NCBI GenBank assembly: GCA_029262795.1
Contig: JAJCYT010000018.1
Coordinates: 3,762-67,761 of the forward strand
Source: Candidatus Fraserbacteria bacterium
Lineage (GTDB): Bacteria > Bipolaricaulota > Bipolaricaulia > RBG-16-55-9 > JAJCYT01
DNA: 64,000 bases
Reading direction: 5' to 3'
Under the pieces are notes generated by a model. It saw only the letters and a list, made by a program, of their open reading frames with translations, was not told the DNA's origin and ran no database searches. Positions 60,301 to 64,000 of the stretch are shown piece after piece (the first letter of the stretch is position 1; each line of letters opens with the position of its first letter). A program made the position numbers and the translations under genes.

Positions 60301-63106
60301 CGTAAGTAAAATTGCCGCCACCATTGTTGGTTACGCTGCCAAGCACACCTGTGTCGTCAAAACTGACCACGGTGAGAGTGTCGTTGTCTGGATCGCTGTC
60401 CACACCGTTGCCGTTGTCGTTGAATACGTTGAAGGAAACGGGATTGTCTTCGTCAGTAGACTCTTCATCATCAATGGCAACCGGCGGACGGTTGACGTCG
60501 ATGACCGTGATGCGGAACGGATCGTTGTCGTTCAAATTGCCAGCCCCATCGTCCGTACACACCACATTCACGTTGTTGAACAACGCCTGGAAGTTGGGGT
60601 GATCGACCACATCAAAATCCGGCGTGTACACAATTTGACCAGTACCATCGCCATTGTCGGTCAGCACAGCACCGGCAGGGGCATTGAACACTTCCAGAGT
60701 CAGGCTGTCGCCATCCACTGGGGTGTCCACATCGCTACAACTCAAATTCACTGTGAGTGTGTCATCTTCATTGATCGTTTGATCAGGAATCACCGTGAGG
60801 ACAGGCGCATCGTTGACCGGATCAATTGTCACCGTCACTGTGGCTTCGGCACACAAAACACCTGGAGGGGCATCGTTGCCCGCATCTTTGCCATCGTCAC
60901 AGACTTCGTATTTAAAGGTGTCTGTACCGTGAAAGTTTAAGTTTGGTTCGTAGGTGATCTGACCCGTTACGCTGTCGATGTTGGTAATCGTGCCGTTGCT
61001 TGGGCCTTCGCCACTTACAATTTTTACAGAGCTTGGCACAATTAAACCATCAATATCCGTATCGCCATCAAGCACATCGATGGTGATGGGCGTGTCTTCA
61101 TTGGTGGTTTCGTTTTCATCATCCGGCGTCGGTGGGTCATTGATCGCGTTGATACTAATAGTCACTGTGGCCGTATCACACTCATTGTCAGGATCACAAA
61201 GAATGTAAACAAAAGAATCATTGCCATTAAAGTTTGGATCAGGATCGTATGTAATCGTGTTATCTGGGTTGATCGTGACCGTGCCGTGATCGGGCAAATC
61301 CTGAATCCCAGTGATGGTCAGGTCATCGCCATCCACATCAAAATCGTTGCCGATGACGGTCAGATCCACAGGCAAATCTTCATCAGTCAGATTCACTGTG
61401 TCATCTTCAGCAACGGGTGGATCGTTGACAGGATTGATCAAAATATCCACACGGCCAATGTCGGATGCACCAAATGGATCGCTCATGGTAAATTCAAAAA
61501 AGTCCGTGCCGTTGTAATCGGGGTCAGGCGTATACTCGGCGGAACAATCTTCATTCACGATAACCGTGCCGTGTTCTGGTTCTTTATTCAATGCACACGT
61601 CAACGGATCGTCTTCGGGATCAGAGCCCGTCAACGTCAATGGCAGTGACGTATCCTCATCAATCGTGTGGGATTGATCGTTGGCTTCTGGTGGCCCGTTT
61701 TGGATCACAATGGTGACCGTGGCCAAAGACACGTTGCCATCTTGATCCTGTACCTGGTACACAAAAGTATCGGTGCCTGAAAACCCTGGCTCAGGCACAT
61801 AACGGTAGTTGGGACCATTGCCACTGACCGTACCGTTTTTTGGCAGATCTACTATGGTAAACAATAAGGTCGGGTTGTCTTCACTGCTTTCGGTTTCCAC
61901 TTCAATGTCCGTCGGTGTGTTGGACGGAATAAATACGGTTTTATCTTTGGCCTCCAGCTCAGAACTATTGACTGGCTCTGGCCCTGGAGGCGTGTCTGCC
62001 ACAGTGATAATGACAATGCCAAACGCAATGCCACCATGTTCGTCTTCAACTTGGAACACGATGGTTTCGCTGCCGGTAAAACCTGCATCTGGAATGTATG
62101 TTTGGTTAGGGCCTGAACCCACCAAAGACCCGTGCAATGGGCCATTTACAATGCTAAACGTCAACGGATCGTTGTCTGGATCCTGACCGGTCAGCGTCAG
62201 ACTGAGGGTGCTGTCCACACCAATAAGATGATTTTGATTAAAAGCAATTGGCAAGTTGTTTGTGGCCTGCCCCACGCGCTTTAATGGGTCAGGGTCAAAC
62301 TTTGGTAAAATATTAGGACAGTGAGAGATTTTTGATTGGCCCAACAGACACATGAAGTAATCTTCGGTTTCCCCAAACTCGAAGTCGCCTTCGCCCGTCC
62401 AGCCCATGCCGCCGCGGGAGACTGCCAGAAAATTTTCGGTGTCAATCGGTACAGTGGTCACGGTGATGCGCATCCACATTTCACCCTCTTCGGGGCCGGT
62501 CAAAAAGGCTGGCAGGGTGACGGTGCCCTGAAACCCAGGTTTCAGGTTGTATGGCTCTTTGTGCAAAGCAAGGTTTTGAATGGGCCATTCCACCGCTTTT
62601 CGAGTGGTCAGTTGGGTAGCTCCTGGGCAACTGCTTGAACCTTCCCAGGCAGCGTTGTGGTCCCAGTCAAAAAGCAGATTTAAATAAATGGCCACTGGCC
62701 CTTCACTTTCTTCGGGCACGGTGACTTCCACATTAAGCTGTGTCATCGCACAGGGAGAAAAGCTGCTGGGGTGCCAACCATCATCCAGGTCGGAATCCAC
62801 CAAAATGGCGTCGCTTTCTTCGGTCACAGTTTTGCCGAGAAACACCTTTTCCTCAGGCTCGCGGTGGCGAATAAAGAACGTTTCGGTACCAAAGGTTTCA
62901 TCAAAGATGCCAGAAGGAAAACGAGCCTCTGCCTCAGGGTTGGATACTTCGTAGCCAACAGGCTCGTTGTTTTCCGGTGCATCTCCAAAATCGCCTAAAG
63001 GGGGTTTTTCATCTTCGGGTTGTGCGTGCATGGTGGCAGAAACCAACACCATACAAACGGCTAACACATAAAACAGAACGGGGAACTTGCTTTTGACAAA
63101 GCGCAT
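51347..63106 (-). CDS. Giant (3919 aa) secreted adhesin-like protein: N-terminal GEVED-like domain followed by about 30-plus tandem about 95-100-aa cadherin/VCBS/Ig-like repeats
   Basis: Signal peptide MRFVKSKFPVLFYVLAVCMVLVSATMHAQ. N-terminal domain ends FGETEDYFMCL. Repeats recur with ...DTATVTITV.PVNDAPVA/VNDPPVA...EDT... Protein ends within a repeat (…TATVTVNVS), with no LPXTG, PEP-CTERM or T9SS C-terminal domain recognised. GGAGTGG RBS. Confidence 0.85.
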   Translation of the reverse strand: MRFVKSKFPVLFYVLAVCMVLVSATMHAQPEDEKPPLGDFGDAPENNEPVGYEVSNPEAEARFPSGIFDETFGTETFFIRHREPEEKVFLGKTVTEESDAILVDSDLDDGWHPSSFSPCAMTQLNVEVTVPEESEGPVAIYLNLLFDWDHNAAWEGSSSCPGATQLTTRKAVEWPIQNLALHKEPYNLKPGFQGTVTLPAFLTGPEEGEMWMRITVTTVPIDTENFLAVSRGGMGWTGEGDFEFGETEDYFMCLLGQSKISHCPNILPKFDPDPLKRVGQATNNLPIAFNQNHLIGVDSTLSLTLTGQDPDNDPLTFSIVNGPLHGSLVGSGPNQTYIPDAGFTGSETIVFQVEDEHGGIAFGIVIITVADTPPGPEPVNSSELEAKDKTVFIPSNTPTDIEVETESSEDNPTLLFTIVDLPKNGTVSGNGPNYRYVPEPGFSGTDTFVYQVQDQDGNVSLATVTIVIQNGPPEANDQSHTIDEDTSLPLTLTGSDPEDDPLTCALNKEPEHGTVIVNEDCSAEYTPDPDYNGTDFFEFTMSDPFGASDIGRVDILINPVNDPPVAEDDTVNLTDEDLPVDLTVIGNDFDVDGDDLTITGIQDLPDHGTVTINPDNTITYDPDPNFNGNDSFVYILCDPDNECDTATVTISINAINDPPTPDDENETTNEDTPITIDVLDGDTDIDGLIVPSSVKIVSGEGPSNGTITNIDSVTGQITYEPNLNFHGTDTFKYEVCDDGKDAGNDAPPGVLCAEATVTVTIDPVNDAPVLTVIPDQTINEDDTLTVNLSCSDVDTPVDGDSLTLEVFNAPAGAVLTDNGDGTGQIVYTPDFDVVDHPNFQALFNNVNVVCTDDGAGNLNDNDPFRITVIDVNRPPVAIDDEESTDEDNPVSFNVFNDNGNGVDSDPDNDTLTVVSFDDTGVLGSVTNNGGGNFTYDPGSAFQDLAVGETAQETFTYTIEDGFGGSDTATVTITIIGVNDAPDAKDDSDITPEDTPVTTPVVIPNDTDPDGDSLAITVWTQPSNGSVNCTGTQCTYTPDPHFNGVDTYTYTISDGHGGFDTATVTITVDPANDAPVADPDLHSMRKNTAGDPQDLTSVSLPVSDPQDTGATLTCSLDGPQPVNGTVTVNGDCTFDYTPTQDFIGTDTFDYEVCDDGTDAGQNTPEGILCATNTITIQVSNDPPTADPQSKTTLEDTPIDITLTSSDPNNDPLIYEIIDNVDNGTLVCTVLPDCTYTPDSHYNGTDQFTFKVTDPDGEIDTAIVDITVTPINDPPVALDDSFTIDEDVSLPLVLMTSDLDIEFVTDLVHTITDDVDNGTLDCTSAPSCVYTPDLNFHGTDQFTYQVCDDGEDNGTPAVPGVLCDTAVIDITIDPVNDDPILTPIPNKVIDENSLLTVNLTCTDVDTATVGDSLAITVQDLPPGANFVDNTDGTGVITFTPLFTEIIHPGTNEVFSGVDVTCTDNGIGGLSDTDAFNITVNDVNRQPNATDNSDSTDEDTPVTITVLPDDSDPDAEDVANLEVTDASDPANGTVSINPDGTIDYTPDADFNGVDTFTYTICDNYAANELCDTATVTVTVNPINDPPTAKNNNGANTPEDTPKTVNVLGNDNDNKDIGGDLDPATVTVLTPPDPSEGTVSVNPADGKITFTPAQDFTGVVNMTYEVCDNALDNGFDVSPSLCDTANLRVTVNPVNDAPVLAFIPDQEEDEGDTLGFTAFCTDVDGDSLSFDVTNLPFGVSFVDNGNGSGTFSYTPSFNLINHAVNPAPDEVFNGINVVCSDGQVQDSQDFSITVHDKDRAPTANPQALATLEDIPIPLTLSGSDLDGDTLTFSIDTPPANGTVNCPAMPNCTYFPDPNYNGTDQFTFQVDDGFGKQTTAVVDINITSEPDPPVAINDGVIDVTEDDPPLVIDVLINDSDPDTPFDGDVVTVDSFTQPSKGIVNCDPNGCTYTLNSNKTGTDSYTYTITDGTGRFDTATVTFNITAVNDPPTASNVNETVEQNHFNPTPVVTNLPVGDADLSNEGDVLTCTIVSGPTDGSLNQNGCNTVTYTHDVGFVGTDSYDYEVCDQFSVCLTRTVTIEVTNTPPVANNITLETLEDLSVPMELSSFDVNGDPVTYTITTAPANGTLDCSSMPNCSYLPDTNFTGSDSFVFEVDDGDGGTDTATVNITVNPVNDPPVANDMFVNVTEDNSKVIVLDVSDPENDSLTCNPVVANPAHGTTVFDPGTCTVTYTPDANYSGIDRFGYTVTDGNGSDQAVVNILVGDVNDPPVLDPIANQIVPENTTLALVITCDDLENPNPVITVNNLPPGANFVDGGNGSGSLTYSPDFDVVAHPPVAPAPDEVFTADVTCDDQFGEVVMQSFDITVTDVNRDPSADDQSAFTPADTLLNLVLTGSDPESDVLTCSLNTQASDGVATVNSDCTATYMPDPGFNGDDSFTFLVDDGFGGTAVGTVMLEIESLGGNTPLPLTPDQSTPKNVAKFFTLTSVGGTSYSIIDDVDNGTLDCSANPDCTYTPNPDFVGVDSFIYEVCNASFCAQDTVNITVFNSAPNAKNDSDNVNEDTDLDIFPLGNDSDPDGDGVSIDSFDAVSAQGGTVTLLGNKLTYSPMLNFNGVDSFTYTICDDDFVDPKCDTATITIVVIAVDDAPVLTVVPNQTVVEENNLTVPVTCTDVDTDSALLLLDSTNTPGFGLFVDSGNGAGAFFYQPTYATLAHPITTSDFTGIELTCSDGVNTVNNTHTVTVNDLNRDPIPNNQTLEVDEDTGIPIVLSANDFDLDSLGFALTGAPLTGLDCTNIPNCTYNPPLNFNGPVSFDFEVTDGFGGSATGTIDITVISVNDPPVADPQTVGPINEDSLTPLAITLTGSDVDLDTLTFSIVSTAGLKGTLTCTVLPDCEYLPDVQDFNGNTSFTFQVDDGNGETDTAVITIQVDPVNDPPNADDISASTLQDTNVILILPVSDVDISREGDTLTCSEGTPGEQHGTLVFNGCQLTYTPDFDFVGQDVFNYDVCDLAGACDTAQITIDVLNRNPVAFGQTVFVAEDNVLPLTLSGNDPDGDPLTCTSDTDPTHGVLVVNANCTATYTPDLNYNGGDSFVFQVDDGHGGLATAGVTITVTPVNDPPVMTAITDQTIAENNLLSFVATCTDVDTLSANLTVTAANLPPGANFNANGNGTGTLTYTPTFSVVQRPDLSVNFPSNQVSCDDGEFTDVAGFEITVNDTNQPPTVVGDDYATDEDTLLTVDAATGLLNNDSDNDGDSLTVTGFDALSVQGGAVNVTIDGSFTYMPTLNTNGADSFTYTVSDGFGGVVVGTVNLTVNAINDDPDAVDDPNETTDEDNNLLISVLFNDSDLDLDTISIATVGVPDNGGSANISGDQILFDPGLDFQDLDDGEMRSTSFTYDISDGNGGTDTATVTVEVTGLNDTPVVQNDPSETTDEDTIALLSVLSNDTDVDTSDSLSLDAVGTPDNGGSASVNGNQVEFDPGADFNDLAVGEFRATTFTYDVTDSTETVTASVTVTVSGVNDDPTAMDDPSETTDENTIVLIDAVFNDTDPDTSDTLTITSVGTPDNGGVANLSGNQIEFDPDVDFDDLAEGESRFTSFSYDIEDGNGGTSSATVTMMVTGVNDAPLAMPDDVLGVNEDDVAFNLLTSDLLFNDTDVDNGAILLFVSADAPDQGGTLIDNMDGTLSYTPSFSFQSLADGETGIESFDYTMEDEFGEQSVGTVTIIVDGVNDDPIATVNTGFADEDTITLISVINGTEDVDLSDVISIESIGVTDNGGTVSIAGDQVQFDPGSDFDHLAFGESDVTSFTYTLQDDKGGISNTISLTIIVDGINDDPTAMDDTASVDTASETDVTITVLVNDGDPDTSDILTITGTSDPANGSVVANGDNTITYTPDGGFTGQDTFTYTISDGQGGTSTATVTVNVS

Positions 63107-63360
63107 CGATGACCACTCCTCATTTCTCGTGCTTCTAAATCTCTCTCAAAAAATTTAGATCTCGTTAAGGCTCACACCTTAATTACAAACCATAGCGCCA
63201 TATAAACTTTTTTACTGTGCTATACGACCCTAATATATTTGTAAATAATATAAAAAAGTTATGATAATTTTCTACATACAAACAGCGAAATTCCAACATA
63301 AAAACGATGGAAATTTGATGTAAATAGTTGAGTTAGAGCAATGAAAGTGATGTGTATAAC

Positions 63361-63396
63361 AAGAGGCTTTCCAGATGTAACTGGAAAGCCTCTTGC
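63361..63396 (-). terminator. Stem-loop (14-bp stem) downstream of the DUF11 gene, upstream of the giant adhesin promoter region
   Basis: aagaggctttccag-atgtaa-ctggaaagcctctt. AT-rich 250-bp region follows toward the adhesin start. Confidence 0.45.
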
Positions 63397-63408
63397 ATTT
63401 ACTTTGTG

Positions 63409-64000
63409 TTAATTAACAGTTGTGTTTTCCGAATCGCTGTCGTTGCCAGCATTCGGATCGGTGGCCGTGGTGGTCACCAAAGCTGTGTTGGTCAGCACCC
63501 CACTAAAGCCTGGGTTAACCGTCACTGTGAGTGTCACGGTTGCATTGCCTCCACTGCCAATGGCGCCAAGGCTGCACGATATGGACGTGCTGCCACTACA
63601 CGACCCCTGGCTCGGCACAGCAGAGTTCAACGTCACGCCAGAAGGCAGACTGTCGAACACCGTCACGCTGGTGGCTTCAGAAGGGCCACTGTTGCTGATG
63701 GTCACCACATAGATCAACTGTTGACCGGCGTTCACCGGATCAGGATTGTCTGTCATCGTCAAGATCAGGTCAGACACCTTGTTGATGGTGGTGGTTGCCG
63801 CCCCCGTGTTGTTGCCTGGGGTGGGGTCGGTGGTGCTGGTGGTCACTGTGGCAGTATTGGTGATGGATGAACCCGGGAAGTCCGAATCCACAATCACCGA
63901 GAACACCACGGTGGCACTGGCTTGGGCTGCCACTGTACCGATACTGCAAGTAATTGTGGTGCCTTCCACACACGATCCCTGGCTTGGCGTCACAGAGCCG
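63409..64000 (-). CDS. DUF11 (conserved repeat domain) surface protein, C-terminal part (N-terminus beyond window end)
   Basis: Tandem DUF11-type repeats: NTATVTT.TTDP.PGNN....TTV, DLILTMTDNPDPVNAGQQLIYVVTISNSGPSEATSVTVFDSLPSGVTL, GSCS..TSISCSLG. Confidence 0.7.
   Translation of the reverse strand, partial: GSVTPSQGSCVEGTTITCSIGTVAAQASATVVFSVIVDSDFPGSSITNTATVTTSTTDPTPGNNTGAATTTINKVSDLILTMTDNPDPVNAGQQLIYVVTISNSGPSEATSVTVFDSLPSGVTLNSAVPSQGSCSGSTSISCSLGAIGSGGNATVTLTVTVNPGFSGVLTNTALVTTTATDPNAGNDSDSENTTVN

Noticed and set aside
52335-61648. Numerous 60-270-aa ORFs on the plus strand across 51.4-63.1 kb
   Set aside because: All lie antisense to the single 3919-aa repeat-protein ORF, whose frame is uninterrupted for 11.76 kb. 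They are repeat-induced shadow ORFs.

Overview
This 64 kb window is bacterial chromosomal DNA of roughly 50% GC with AGGAGG-type ribosome-binding sites. The left half is mostly core genes. The right half is a cell-surface accessory region, which is the most interesting part.

Core region, left to right:
- A partial DASS-type permease runs off the left edge.
- Then come a Lon-like protease (COG1067), glutamate dehydrogenase, an AMP-forming acyl-CoA synthetase, a beta-propeller glycoside hydrolase, a CBS-domain protein and a DCC thiol-disulfide oxidoreductase.
- A classic translation/transcription locus follows: tRNA-Tyr, tRNA-Thr, tuf, tRNA-Trp, secE, nusG, rplK, rplA, rplJ, rplL, an attenuator, then rpoB. 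No rpoC follows rpoB. The NusG has a very large insertion and EF-Tu has an unusual switch-I region.
- After that come a NUDIX hydrolase, a highly structured ~300 nt non-coding stretch (candidate ncRNA), a SPOUT methyltransferase, a SAM-dependent methyltransferase, infA, the methylmalonyl-CoA mutase catalytic subunit plus its epimerase, and an esterase.

Accessory content:
- Two paralogous outer-membrane-type proteins carry thrombospondin-type-3 Ca-binding repeats and end in a C-terminal Phe.
- A BlaI/BlaR1-like repressor and M56 membrane-protease pair sits together. The BlaR1 homologue has lost the penicillin-binding sensor and instead carries a Q/P/T-rich loop and a C-terminal array of 11-residue acidic Met/Trp repeats. 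A palindromic operator lies in its promoter.
- A LytTR membrane regulator, a small nucleotidyltransferase and a CPBP protease form a small cluster.
- A LeuD-LeuC fused dehydratase has its domains in reversed order.
- An apparent operon encodes acyl-CoA ligase, an MBL hydrolase and a membrane protein.
- A surface island at 42-64 kb holds three tandem paralogous secreted right-handed beta-helix proteins on the plus strand. These converge on a 3919-aa giant adhesin built from tandem cadherin/VCBS-like repeats. A DUF11-repeat protein lies further upstream on the same strand.
- A family of short G/C palindromic repeats (CCCCCAACCCCCTT-loop-AAGGGGG) recurs in intergenic spaces. One copy sits inside a MITE-like element flanked by inverted repeats, between the beta-helix genes and the giant adhesin.

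No CRISPR arrays, transposases, integrases or recognisable defence genes were seen.
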